A DNA stretch of 64,000 bases from Torpedo marmorata (taxonomy: Eukaryota): the NCBI GenBank assembly GCA_977017645.1, contig OZ360225.1, positions 62,434,001 through 62,498,000 of the forward strand. The letters are read 5' to 3'. Below are positions 13,901-26,892 of the stretch, piece by piece. Position numbers and translations under genes: made by a program. Below the pieces are notes generated by a model. It worked only from the letters and a program-made list of their open reading frames with translations, had not been told where the DNA came from and did no database searches. Every line of letters begins with the position of its first letter. The stretch's first letter is position 1.

Positions 13901-16900
13901 ATTTGGACTCTTTTTCATAGCTCCTCTCTTGCATTCCCCTACGGACAAATTTCTTGTTGGACAGATACGCGTCGTCCCATCCAGAAGGTTGCTATTAACC
14001 AACATTATAGAACCCAGCCCGGGATGAGTAAAGCCAGCTATTGATAATTGCAAGCACCATACAGCAGCTACTGTATCGATCGGTTTGTCCCTTATTCCCC
14101 TGGTATAGGCGAGATAAGAAGACACACTATTTAGTGGAATATAATTTCTTTCGACCTATCTGCTTCGTACAGACTTATGATGAATAGCCAGAGTGGCTCG
14201 AGTGCTTTATCAAGAAACTTACTGCTATTCTACGTACGTCCCCTCCCCCCAAAAAACTGTCTACCATCCTATCATCGTCAATATCATTACAAAGGCGCCA
14301 GAATAAAGATCTACTCGAGATTAAAGTACGGCTGTGTTATCTGATCAACTGAGGGGGACGGGGACGGGGGATGGACTGTCATTTAAACTTTTTACCGAAA
14401 AAAAAGAAAAAAATAAAGGGCGCAAATGAAACCATTCAGATACCCGGCGCAGAATGAAACAGTTATCAAAGCCATTGATTGATCAGCTTCTGAAACAATC
14501 TGAGCGGAGAGACACTGGGTACAGAAGGAGCAACCCGGGTGCGCTGCTGCTGAGTTGCCCCCTTCGCCTTACTGTTATAAATCTTCCTTTCCGCTTTACT
14601 TAAATTGGAATAGGCACCTCAACCATAAACGAGTTTTGGTTTCTTTCAAGTCTTCGGCTGCGAAAATATATCAAAATATCACGTTTAGGATAACAGAAAA
14701 CAAACAAGCGAGCGATTTCAACGTGCATGTGAAAAATGTGTGCATCGAAATCTGGTCGCGTATTCATAAGGCAGCGTGATTTTAAGAGGGAGGCATTATT
14801 GAACCCCTTTCCAATTAAGGCATCGTGTGAGATTAGGAACGGAGGGTGGAGTGGGAAACGGGATTGGAAATACAATTCCTCAATGAAGCAAGGCTGGCGG
14901 ACGGAGGTTTAATTTCAATGAACACGCCAAGTTACACTCTGGTGTGGGGATGCCTTTGCAAGTAGACGGCTCACCATGTAATTTTACCGCGAGTTCACTT
15001 GTGGACAAACATTTTTCTCCCCTCGCAAGTAAAATCGTAAAATGATCCGTAACATTTCACGTGCATTGAATTTAAAAAAGCAACAAAAAAAAACAACAAA
15101 AAATGACACCCCTCCAATAACAAAATGTATTGATTCCATACTATGGGCAACTTTTAAAAATATTGCACCTGGATGAAGGTTTGCTTGCTGACTCCTATTC
15201 GTGCAGCTGCGATTTTAATTGTCGTTTAAAATTCAGCAGCTCGTCATTTTAATGCTGTGAATAGTCTCCAACAATTGTATGATAACAAACTTCTAACTTC
15301 CACTGAGAAACAAAGAATTTCCTTTGTGTTGTGGAACTTTATAATGCTTTTAGGAATCTGCCAGTCGAGTTTACCTAAAATGTTCTCAGAAAAGAGAACT
15401 CTCAAAATGAACCGTAATTCTAAAGTAAACACACCTAAACCAATGGGAAAAATTACACACGCATTTATTTTTACAACTTTTCTTGTTAATAATTCTCCAA
15501 GCCAAAAGAAAACGAGTTGCAAAAAATATTACACATTTGTGCATTAGCAGACAGCGAACATTGATTAAAATGGACACGTTAGAATGCCTGAAGAATTTCA
15601 TTGATTTCAGGATATATTTGCCTCGTATTTTTCATTCACTTCCTTGGGACCTTTTTTTTTTACCCTAAGAGTTCTGGATAACCAAGACCACCCTAATTAC
15701 GTTTGTTTCATGATGTTCGTTACTAGGAGGCGAAGCTCAGAATGATACAGCTGGAACCGCGAGGACACTCTGTTTGTGGAAGGTTCTCTAAACTGCTATG
15801 GCAGGAGCAACGCTTCCATGTTCAGGAGTATTCCAAGTGATGCATCAAACAGGGTTCGTATACACTAGGTAACCGGATCTAATGTGCTAACAGTAGAAAT
15901 AAAATAAGGCGATAATAGGTCGTATAAGCAGCCTGAACTATTGTTGAGCAGATAGAAAAGTACAGCAGTAACTGATAACTTAAAATACAAAAAAAGTGAT
16001 GATACTCTTTGTCAAGAAAGGTCACATTTGGAACACCCATCAATCTCCTACAATTTATTCAGTGGACAATCCAAACACTTACCACTCCAATTCTGCAAAC
16101 ATGATAGATCTCACTTCAGAGTAAGATTAAAACTTTGTATCATTGTGGTTATTTAAGTAAAGAAAGTTTAAAAAATTATGGACTGTTTGGGCAGGCTGGC
16201 TGCATTTGGAGCCAATTACATTTTTATATTAATTGAACTGGAACTGACTTGTAAACTATTTAAATGCATCCGGATTAGGCATAAATTATATTGGCCTTTT
16301 CCCTGTGGTGGCTCGACAATTTAAAATCTGTTCCTGATTCATGAACATTCCCAGATTGATAAGAATTTAGCCATAAAATGTTTGAATTGTTTGATGACAG
16401 GTACGTTTTGAATAATCTCTAAATATGCAAGTACTTTAGATTTAATACAGATAGTGAAATTAGATATTTGCTAGGCTTTAGTGTTGCAAATTATATTGAA
16501 TTGCAGGCAATTAAGAGTGATGAAAATAGGACTTGAGTTAACCAAGGCTTTTTCTTTGCATATGAAAATGCACATGTAATTTAAACCTATTAAGTAGCTG
16601 CCGGTTGTCTCCCTTCAGTCATTTTTTTGCAGTTGCCTGTTATCTTTCTAGTCCCCTGAAGAAAAAAGTTATCATACAACTGAGATTTTGAGGGGAAAAT
16701 GTAGACCAAAAGTCCAAAAGACATGAACATATTCTCAATGTTTAATGGTTGACTTTGAAAACAATCAATTTAATTAAAAATATTATCTCTCTGGAAATAA
16801 GCAAATGTTTGTTACCTTTGTGTAACTGATAAGGACACAAATGTGTTTTTAAACTTAAAGCATGATTGTGTGATATTTTGTCAATATCAATTATTAAAAT

Positions 16901-19077
16901 GGTAACACGACAACCATTAATATGAACCCAGTTCAATAATTAAGTGGGCTTCTTGATTGTTTTCCTTAAGTTATGTCTCAGACTGTGTTTTAGCATTTTG
17001 GATTGTCCTTGCCATTTTTGATAATGTTTGACTGTAATTTTATATGAAAGACTTTATGAAAGTGTCACCTTTGCAAACATGAAATTCCGGTTTGATGTGA
17101 ACAAAACCATAAATGTTGTGAAATTAAGGAGAAAACTCATAGTGAAAGTGGACCAAAAATAGAAAATGCATATGCAATGATTTTTTTTTGGCGTTTGCTT
17201 TGGTTGACTGCTACTGAAGTCCATTTGTTGTCAATTTTTTGAATTGCTATAACACCTTGATTTGAAATGTTATTGTTTTGGCTGAAATTTAAATAAATAC
17301 TGGGCATTTGATAAATAATTTAAAATATTTAACAAGCTCCTTCCCTTCTTTGTATGCCTGTCTGTGTTAGCATTGAGAGAGCTGCCTAGCAGTGGCAAAG
17401 AGCCTGTCACACTTAGTTGCCACTCAGTGAAGTTTCACAGACATTCCTTCATTATTTATGCATGCTGTACTTTATTACATACACCAGGTGTGAGCCCTGA
17501 ACACTCCACTACACACAGGCAGTTAAAAAAGGTCAAATGTCATTGTTGGAGTAATAACAATAAAAGCCTCAAGAGCAGAGGTGTGTTGTCATGTGACTGA
17601 CCATGTTTGTCACACAAATATTATCAAACAGTGCTCATGTTTTTGGTGAAATGACCACTTCATCTAGCACCTTACAACAGCAAGTTTAATTCCTTCAGCA
17701 AGGCCAGAATTCTGGCAACTTATAAACAGGTCAACGTTAAACCACCTTCCTATTGTTACTTAATCTGCAGTAATTTTGGATTCTTAACATGGCACTGAAA
17801 ATGAATAATTTCCTATTAAAGGCCAAGTAAATTAATCACTCCATTACAGACCAGCATTTGTATTACGTAAGTCAAATATACTGATACTGACCAGAAAATA
17901 ATTTAACTTGTATTTAACAGTCATAGAAAAGAATTCAAATTTTATTGATTGAAATACAGTGCATATTTTGTTTCAACAAATCAACATGGGTTTCTGTCAT
18001 TTCACCCACCCCCACGCCCCCGTCTGATTTCTCTCAAAGCCACTGAGTGATCATCCATATTAATTTTTTATTTAATAATTGCGTTATATTTTCTGATGTG
18101 TCGTGTTTATCCATTAAGCATGCTAAGCTGGTGCATTTTACTTTTAAATATCCTTGTGGCACCCTCCATAATCTTGACAGATACTGTTTTTTTAAAAGAT
18201 TGTCATGAAGAACCCATATATTTTTAAGAAGAACATTTTATTTGATATAACACTCCTGAGCCATTTTGTTCCAACTCTGCAGAACTTAGCCCACTTTCAA
18301 AATCCTCATTCAGAATGAATAAGCTCATTCATAACTGTTCAGTTGTCCTTTCACTTGTGACAATTTGTAATTATTACTGTTATCCCCTTTAAGTCTTTGT
18401 TTTAAAGGTAGTAGACCACAAGATTGATAAAATGAGATCTGCATGCCTTTAGATTATTCAATTTTTTTAACAGTGTTTTGTGTTTAATTATAATTCTCCA
18501 AACATCTAACATTCTCCTTAATTTTTACAATAAGTAGGGGTTGCTTGCAGTTATAGAAATGGGTTTCTAAATAGCTCTGTATCGGGGTGATACTGAAAAC
18601 AAACAAAACCTTACAGGGACATACATACACACACAAATACATAAACGCAAACCCACACTCATGAACACACAAAAACAGACACAAACACATCATACTAACA
18701 AACATATTCACACCTATGTTTACCCAATTTGTTCGACTCCAATATCATTTTAGAATTCGAAGGAATTTCAAATCGATGGAGACAGTCAAGAGTTAAATAT
18801 TAATGGGAGACTTAGGATATTTTATCTCTACCAAACACATTTCTTTGAGACATTAGTTTATCAAGAATGACAAAATATGACAGTGTAGACAAAACGTCCC
18901 TCTGGAGTTATGTGGGGAAAAGACTGGTTCATTTTGAAAAGGGAAAGGGAAGACACAATCAAAGTTTCAGGCAGTGTTGACATAACTGACTGCAATGGAA
19001 TGGGCATAGGAATGGAATACTACCATCAGCCCAAAGAAGGGATAGAAGCACTCAGGATCCAGTGATCTCTGCTGTAT

Positions 19078-19235
19078 GGAGCAAACAATGAGATGCTGGA
19101 GGAACTCAACAGGTCAGGCACCATCCATGGGTAAAAATGGTCAGTCCATTCCTGCCCATGGATGCTGTCTGACCCTCCAGCATCTCATTTTTTTGCTCAA
19201 AATTTCAGCATCTGCAGTTTTTTGTGTTTCTGTGC
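19078..19235. repeat. Short palindromic Penelope-derived/MITE-like repeat
   Basis: GAGATGCTGGAGG...CCTCCAGCATCTC inverted arms and TTCAGCATCTGCAG end; related copies at ~23940-24995, 34715-34885, 47330-47728. Confidence 0.5.
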
Positions 19236-19579
19236 TACAGGATGCCCGCTGTGTTCATCAGACAGAGGGGACTGGAATTGCTTTGGTTGTGACGTTGTCT
19301 TGGTAGAGTGATTTTCTGATACTCACCACTTGGCCTTATGTAAATACAATATTCATTGAGGCATTATAAGATAATCAGAAGAAGTCATCCCTTGGCTGGT
19401 TCAATATCTTTCGGACAAAAAGGAGAATCTGACCAAAAGAATGACTTAGCATCTTGTATTTCTTCCATGCAAAGTACTTCTGTGGTTTTTTTGGTCAACT
19501 ACTCTAGATCTGTTTTAATATATTTACTTTAAAGTCTGCTTCGACTCTTATAACATCAGTGTATCCTGACCCAGTTCGG

Positions 19580-19950
19580 CTTCCGAAACCCTCATCCGTG
19601 GTCTCACTGCCTCTAAACTGCACTATTTCATTTCTCTCCCACATTACCTATCCTTTGTTAACTCTTTCAAAAGTATAACCTCATTCACCAGGTGTTCCAT
19701 TCACTGTTCATCATCTGCGCTCACTGACCTACTTGACTCCTGGTTTGGAAATGGCTCCATTTACATGTTCCATCTGAAGTTTTTAAATCTCTTTACAAAC
19801 TCACCTCTCTCAACCTCTGTAACCATCTCCAACTTCACTCTCTTCCAATTCTGGCCTGTTGTACACTCTTTTGACAGTATTTCTGTGAAGTGCCTCAAGA
19901 CGTTTTGATAATTTAAAGGTGTGATATTAATGCCAGTTATTAATTGATAA
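19580..19950 (+). mobile_element. Old L2-like LINE 3' remnant
   Basis: CTCATCCGTGGTCTCACTGCCTCTAAACTGCACTAT resembles the LIH...TSRLDY region of L2; heavily decayed. Confidence 0.35.
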
Positions 19951-22900
19951 AGAATAATCAATGGAACAGCTTTTCCACTCAAATTAGGGATTTCTAGTAG
20001 ACTAATGAAAAGTTTTCAATTTGAATTTTGAAATGTTTCAAGTTCCTTTTGTATTTATAGTTCAATTTACCAGGTTTGAGATGAAGGGTTGGAACTTGGG
20101 TTTTAGCCAGATAGTGTGCCTTTTGCATAGATTACTTATACCCAGATGAAATGCAACCTGTCCTCTCCTCAGAAAACGCCACATGTGCATAAATTCATGC
20201 GCTGAGCACTATCACTCCACTGAATTACTCGTTAAAATACTGTTTTTAGGAACCATCATATTCTGCGAGCATTTTGTCAACTAAATCTGAAGCCACATGG
20301 AGTTTATACATTATGCAATGCAAAGGAACTACAAAGAAAGTATAATCTGCACAAGGCCATCCAGCCCACTGGTTTATGCCAGCCTCTGTCATACTCCTTT
20401 ATCGAATCATTTAGTCTACTCCTTTCACACACTTATCCAGACTTCCCTTAAAAAGCTTTATAGATTCCCTGTGGGAGTGAGTTCCACATTCTCAGCACAC
20501 TCTGTGTAAAGTTCTGAATGAGGAATTTGAAAATGGAAGGATACCCTGGCTTTGCTATTGACCTAGTGTAAGACTGGATTTAGACCTTGTCTGTAGAATA
20601 AGTGCAGAGCAGAAATTAACCCTGAATCTGCAAATACAAATCATATTCCATTCAGTGAAAAGTTGCAGCAGTTTGAAGTGACCTCTTTGTGGTTGCCGCA
20701 CTTTTAGTATAAATACATATCATACTGTTAATTTGTGGAGTAGCTATCTGCCATCTAGAATAAAAAGGTTCTTTACATCTTTTGAAAAATATCCTGTTAC
20801 TTTTTCAATGTATACATTATTTGTGGGAGGTGAGTGTTGCTGGCAACGACAGCACTTACCACTCAGTCTTGGTTAGGTCTGAACTGTTTGCTTGCAGGGT
20901 AAATTACATTGTCGTGGAGTCACATATAGATCAGACTGGCAGATACCATCCCCAAAGGTGATGGGCAAACCAAAAGGAGTTTTATATCAATCTGGCGGTT
21001 ATATGATCACCATTACCAAAACTCACTTTTTAATTCCAAAATTTACATTATTAAACTGAAGTTAACATTCCACTTTTGCCATGGAGGATTTGAACACAAA
21101 TCAGTAAACTACGTTTAGATTGCTGGCTCACTAACTTAACCATTGGGCTACCATACTCAGCAAGATAAGGTGAATTGTTCTTATCTATTGTCCTGGATAT
21201 TGCTGTGACTTACCCAAAGTAGCACTTGGAATTTTCAGAGCTCCTGCACAGAGGCAGGAACCCTGGTCTTGCATGTTGGATTCTACTGATGATTTTCCAG
21301 TTTTCACTGGAATGCAAAACTAGAGCAGGAGTGATGGAAATTCCTGTGGATTGGCTGGTCCATTAGTTTGAAGGGAAATTTTATGCCCATGAAGTATAAA
21401 GATAAGAATAAGGCATACCACATTTTTATTAGCATTTACTTCAATGTTCTGGATTGTTTTTAAGTGCTTTTGTGTAAGCTAACTTTTGTATACGTTGAGG
21501 AATGTGATTTAATGTGCAAGCAATGCAGTTCAGGGACAACTAAGACTGGGCAGTAAGTGCTGGCCTTGCTCGTAACACTCACATCCCACGAATAAGTTCA
21601 ACCTACATTGAAAAATTAATGAGCACATCTTCTGCTGTCATTCGACTGCTGGCTGTCTGCCCTTGTCCACAGCTGTGATTCCACTGTGATCTTGTAGCAC
21701 AGTTATCTAGTGGGGAACTCAGCTCCCCATTCATTGGCCTGATCCTGGTCAACACAAGGCTTCTGCCAGCACAAGCAGCTGGCTGCACTCACAGAAGGGC
21801 TTTGACTGCCAGTGAGGCTGTCCAAACTCTCAGTGCTGTCGAATGAATTAAACTGTTCGTTGTCACATATACTGAGATACAGTGAAAAACTTTGGTGTGC
21901 TATCCAACATGATACAGTAGGTAGTGCAAGAATAAAAGCAGAGTGTTAAATTAAAACAAAAGTGCAGGGGATAGTGTTACACTTGACAAAATTGCAAGGT
22001 GTAGTGTTAAAGAAAAGTACAGTTAAACAGTGCAAGATGTCATCTTTAGTGAATGAGAGGTTTGATAAAGAGTAAATCACTCTGTAATTGTATCACAAAA
22101 TTAAAAAGTAAGTTTAAAAAATGAAACATTTACACAAACTTAATGAAATCAAATAGAAATCTTTACTGACCTTCCTGCTAGCAGCTAATTTTTTCAATTT
22201 ATTGTAATGCATGAAGAGCCCAACAATTTCTCTATTTGCATACATCTATCTGAAAACCAGTGCCCTGAAATTCCATACATCAGGTTCCCCTGATGTGCTA
22301 AGGTAAAATAGACAAGTGTTTGGTTGTGTCCAGGGCTCACATTATGGTGCCATGTGTGTTGGTATGTGTGTCTATGTGTGAGTGTGCGTGCATATATGTG
22401 CCTGTGCCTTTGTGTGTGCACGTGTATCAGTGAGGAGATCCCCAAATTAAATGGAACATCTGTCGTGGTTGGTGGAATCCACTGGTGCAGTGTTGGTGTC
22501 TGATGACTGGCTCTCTGCAGAGTGGAAGGTTGTGCTGCAGATTGGGGTTTATATTACAGCAAATCTCAACGGATTAGAATTTGACCACATGGGCACCAAG
22601 AAATGTCGTTGCTGTCTTTCTGCAATGTTCACATTACAAGTGGCTGGGCCTCAGAGTCTCTCCTGCTGTTAACTAAAATGAGATTTTATCACAACAATGT
22701 GAGAAGCAAAATAAAACTGATTTACTGTGGGGCTCCTGGCTGCTAACCTGGGCATACTTTGCATGAGATTAACGGGGGTCTCGATCTGTTGCTGAGTGCA
22801 ACATAGCCAATGTCGCACCAGCATCTTCAGTGACATTTCTTAGCTCCATCCAGTCATACAGCACAGGAACAGGCCCTTCAGCCCAGTAGGTCCATACTAT

Positions 22901-23197
22901 TATCAAGAACTGATCTGTACTAATCCCATTTTCTAGCACTTGTTCCACAGCCTCCTTGGCTATACAAATGCTCCTCTGGATAATTCTTATATGTTATGAG
23001 CATCCCTGCCTCCACCACCTCCTAAAATAATGCATTCCATTGTGGAAACCTCCAAGAGCTCTACTCTCCTTCAGTTCACGTCTCTTGTCTTGCTCTATGT
23101 TAATTATCTGACCACTGTTGACTATGGTTTTATCTGCCCTTGCCCAAAGCTCCAGGTCCTGGAATTTCCTCCTCATTCCCTCATATCTCTCTCTCCA

Positions 23198-23228
<31 letters not shown>

Positions 23229-23321
23229 GTCTCTTGCATGCTCTCTCTCTATCCCCCTCTCCTTCATTTCTTTTTAAGTCTTACTTAAATCACATATCTT
23301 TTGGTTGCCTATTGATGTCTT

Positions 23322-23587
23322 TTTAAATTTAAATTTTTAAATTTTAAATTTCAATAAAATTTTATTTACAGCACGGTAGAAGACGATTCTGGTCATTTAA
23401 ACACGTGCCGTCTAATTAGACCCAAATGAACCTACAACCCCGTATGTTTTGGAGGGTGGGAGGAAACTGTACCACCCAGGGAAATCCCATGCAGGCACGG
23501 GGAGAACGTACAAACTCCTTACAGACAGCGCCAGATTCGAACCCGGGTTGCTGGCTCTGTAATAGCGTTATGCTAACTGTGCTGCCC
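23322..23587 (-). mobile_element. tRNA-derived V-SINE/HE1-like SINE
   Basis: Minus strand: GGCAGCACAGTTAGCATAACGCTATTACAG head, GGGTTCGAATC B-box, GTAAGGAGTTTGTACGTTCTCCCCGTG core, AT-rich (AAATTT)n tail. Confidence 0.75.
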
Positions 23588-24299
23588 TGGTACGGTTCTG
23601 TGACGTTGAGGCAGATTCATTATACAGCTGTGTTGCATCTTGGGATGAGGTTAAAGGCCTCAGAAATGCAAATTGTAGTTAGTGTTTAGCCTGTTTGAAC
23701 TCAAAGATTGTTTTTAGTTCTGATTACTCCCCTGCATCCAAGGTTAAGATTAGTTTGTGTTCTTCACAGCACTCCAGAGATTCAGGATAGCCCTTTCAAA
23801 GAATTTGGTGAAAACCACTTTGAGTTTGATGAAAATCATCAATTCAGTAGGAAAACCCCAACATAGAACATTAATGTTTGAAGTTATAGGTATGCGGTAG
23901 GTTTGAAACAAAAACTGCATATGGTGGATAACCAAAACAAAAACAGAAGATACCAAAACACTCAGCAGATCAGCCAGCATTTGTGGAGAGAGTAGAGTCA
24001 ATATTTCAGATGACACATGAGAGCCTGCAGACGTTGCAACCTGGAGCAGAAATCGATCTGCTGGAGGGACCCAGTGGGTTGAGCAGCTTGATGAAGGCCC
24101 AAAATCAGTGGCGTATCTAAGGTATGGCAGGTATGGCACGTGCCCTGGGCGCCACTTGAAGGGGGGTGCCACTGAGCAGTTTCTATTAAAGTCAGACAAG
24201 CCATCCTCTGAGGAGCAGAATTTTTGGGCACTTGTGCCTGTGCATTGACGTTGCTGTCGCTAAATGGTTCAAACTCTGGACCATTTCTGGAGAAGTGAC

Positions 24300-24350
24300 G
24301 TGTCGGTTACCATGGGAATGGGAGTAAACACCGTGATCTCCATGGAGATG
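24300..24350 (+). promoter_or_regulatory. Motile-cilia-type promoter motifs: two X-box (RFX)-like sites flanking a forkhead site
   Basis: GTTACCATGGGAAT (24306-24319), GTAAACA (24324-24330), palindromic ATCTCCATGGAGAT (24336-24349), ~85-125 bp upstream of the DNAH10-like ATG. Confidence 0.6.
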
Positions 24351-24431
24351 GGACTCTGGCTCGTGCCGAGGGGCCGAGGCCGCCAGCTCAGCCGTTAGAG
24401 CGCGGATCCGGCGGTGAGGCCCGGTCCGGCC

Positions 24432-24632
24432 ATGTTGATCGACGACCCCCGCCTTGAGTGGCTCCGGGACCGCGTTTATGAGGTGTTTGGCCTGAGTGAG
24501 CCCGATTGTTTCGAGGAGCTGCTGAACCGCGGCGACGGGCTGCAGGAGCTTATCGTCCTGCGCTTCCTCAATGACACGCACGTCGAAGACTGCCCGTCTG
24601 TCCTGCTGGTCTTCAGGAGCAGCCGCACCGAG
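24432..24632 (+). pseudogene. DNAH10: Captured first coding exon fragment of axonemal dynein heavy chain 10 (DNAH10-like)
   Basis: GCC-ATG then MLIDDPRLEWLRDRVYEVFGLSEPDCFEELLNRGDGLQELIVLRFLNDTHVEDCPSVLLVFR aligns without gaps to the DNAH10 N-terminus as I recall it (MDDLRVLWMRDRVYAAFGITDPQLFEDLLNRDDGQGEDLILHFLNQ...PSALFIYR); no downstream dynein exons in window. Confidence 0.78.
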
Positions 24633-24759
24633 CCTCCATGGGTCAAGGCAGACTCTGTGATCTTGCTCTTCTGAGTGTAGAAAGAGAAGAAACTGAAAAA
24701 ACGGACTTTACATCATAGACCAATTTGCATCAGTGAAAGCAAGATAGGTGCAGTTATAA
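24629..24759 (+). pseudogene. hAT transposase C-terminal (dimerization-domain region) remnant
   Basis: Reads RASMGQGRLCDLALLSVEREETEKTDF/IIDQFASVKAR*VQL*, matching the (L)RSTM.Q.RL..LALLSIE...IID.FA..K.R C-terminus of hAT transposases; one frameshift and one stop. Confidence 0.8.
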
Positions 24760-26892
24760 TTATCATGTAGTGCCATAATTTGTTAATTAAAAGATTAATA
24801 AGCTTAACTTGTATTTTTGAGCTGATATTAGTTATCTAAAAGATGGGTGTCAGGTGTTTGGACAGGGGCGCAATTTCAGTGCTTGCCATAGGCGCTATTT
24901 TCCGTAGATACGCCCCTGCCCAAAATGTTGACCTTCCTTTTTCTCCCGGTGATGCTGCTCACCCACTGAATTCCTCTAACAGATTTGTTTTTTTGCGCAT
25001 TATTTCAAGTCATTGTGAGATTTGGCATGAAGATTCATGTTGTATGCTCGACACATTTTAATTCATTTGGCCTGTATAATTCAGAGGAGCAGATTTACCA
25101 AAATCATTGACTCTTGTTTAAAAACCATGTTTCTTGACTTCTGCCCTATCTTGTTTGATCTTAGATGAATGTTACTGAGACTGTGTATATATGTGAGCAT
25201 AGTTCTATGTGTGCACGTTTATGTGCACAGTTGTGTGTGTGTGTATCTTCATGTGTACAAATGTGTGCGTGCGTGTTGGTGTATGTATGTGTGTGTCTCT
25301 TTGTCTGCATGCGCGCACACACTCATGCATGCGTACATATGTTCTTACCGTAATTGACTCTGAAATACTTTGGGCATCCTGAAATACAGGCCTTTGACAT
25401 TACTTCTTTGCATTACAGTTCTATATCTGCTCAAAAGTCAGTTGTGGCAAATTACATCTTATCAGAAGGTGGATATTCCCTCAATTCATCTTAAAAATAA
25501 CTTGCTAATATTTCCTATTTTATATAACAAATGCAATATACCCGCAGGTGTTGCTTTTCAAATTCATTGCTCCTTTGGAGTCAACATTATTAAATTGATA
25601 TTCTGTCAGTCCCTATGGCAGTTGACACCTTAGACACAGCAACAGTAAGAAATCGCAAACAAAATTTGCTGCCTTAAACCTTAATAGAGGTAAAACAAAA
25701 CCACCAAGCATTTCTTGATGAATTTTGTTCAGATATTTCATTTGGAAAACATAGTGTACTGGAGTCTGAGTCTCCTGCTTTCCTGTGCTCAGAATCCGAG
25801 ATGGATTAACTGTCTTGTGACCAGGCAAAAAGCATCTATACTTTCTCCATGCTTTTCACTGAAGCAGAAGTGAAATATATTTACTCCAAAAGTAACTGCC
25901 CTTTCCCAGTGAAGCATGTCATCAGTGGAAATGTTAGTTTTGCTCCTATCAATGTTTATTTCCACATTTAATCTGATCAGTGCCCAAAATGACTGAATTC
26001 AGTACATTATGACATTCATTCAGTTCTGCTTTGTGATTAACCTGGTCAAACAATTTAATTGTCTTCTTGTTTTGTATACATTATGGACACAGCAGGCCAC
26101 AATATGGCATATATTAGGAGTGAGTTCATTTCACACCTGTAGTGCACTGTGTGCTATATTGGTATGCAGCCCGATGCAAGTGTGAGCCAGCCTCCATACT
26201 CACATCCCTCTTCTCTTTCTCCCTGATGCATTAGGCACATGGCATAGTGCAAACTCCAGGAAGTTCCTAGCCACACAGCCAACAGCCTCAGATGATACCT
26301 CTGTGGGAGGTGAAATTACAGCACTGGGCACTTGTTTGCTCTAGGTGCGTAGTCTTGTATCATAGATGTGGTGGTCACACTATTTCTTTTCTCTTTCCTT
26401 CCTTCAATCTCTCTCCCCTCACCTCAAATGTAACTCTACTGTCATTTATAAGGATACTCACTTTGGTTTCCAAAGTGAAGGAAAATACAGCAACCTGGCT
26501 TGGAAAGTTGCATAGTCTGGGTAGCAGGAAGTTTCCATTTCTGATTTAAGCCCAAAATAGTTGACTCATCCCCTCATCAATTTCAGGGGGCCGACTGCAG
26601 CCTTTGTTGATATCGTGGTGGTGGATCCTGGAACAGAAGTGGCGAGCTTCCTGTGCTTTTTCAAACAACAAATATCCAATTTGAACAGGAACATATATTG
26701 CCTGAGATCATGAAGCATCCTTTTCCTTTCATGTTCAACCATAGTCCACTGTGCGGGAAGGTCTTTATGCTGGTGTTCGCTGCTGTACAGGGATTAGCAC
26801 ATTTTTCTTCGATGCAGAGCTGAAGAATTCAAGCTCCACTCTAGAGACATAAAAAGATAAATCTAGCCTCTCACTCTGGTGCGCACAGTATG

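Larger units (their letters stand above)
24106..24918 (+). mobile_element. Non-autonomous hAT DNA transposon (Tip100/ZMYM1-like) carrying captured host sequence
   Basis: TIRs CAGTGGCGTATCTA (24106-24119) and TAGATACGCCCCTG (24905-24918), 1 mismatch; perfect 8-bp TSD CCCAAAAT at 24098-24105 and 24919-24926; hAT transposase C-terminus inside. Confidence 0.92.

Noticed and set aside
24432-24674. A genuine DNAH10 gene starting here
   Set aside because: Enclosed by hAT TIRs and TSD, cut off before a splice donor, fused to transposase sequence, and no further dynein exons in the next 39 kb
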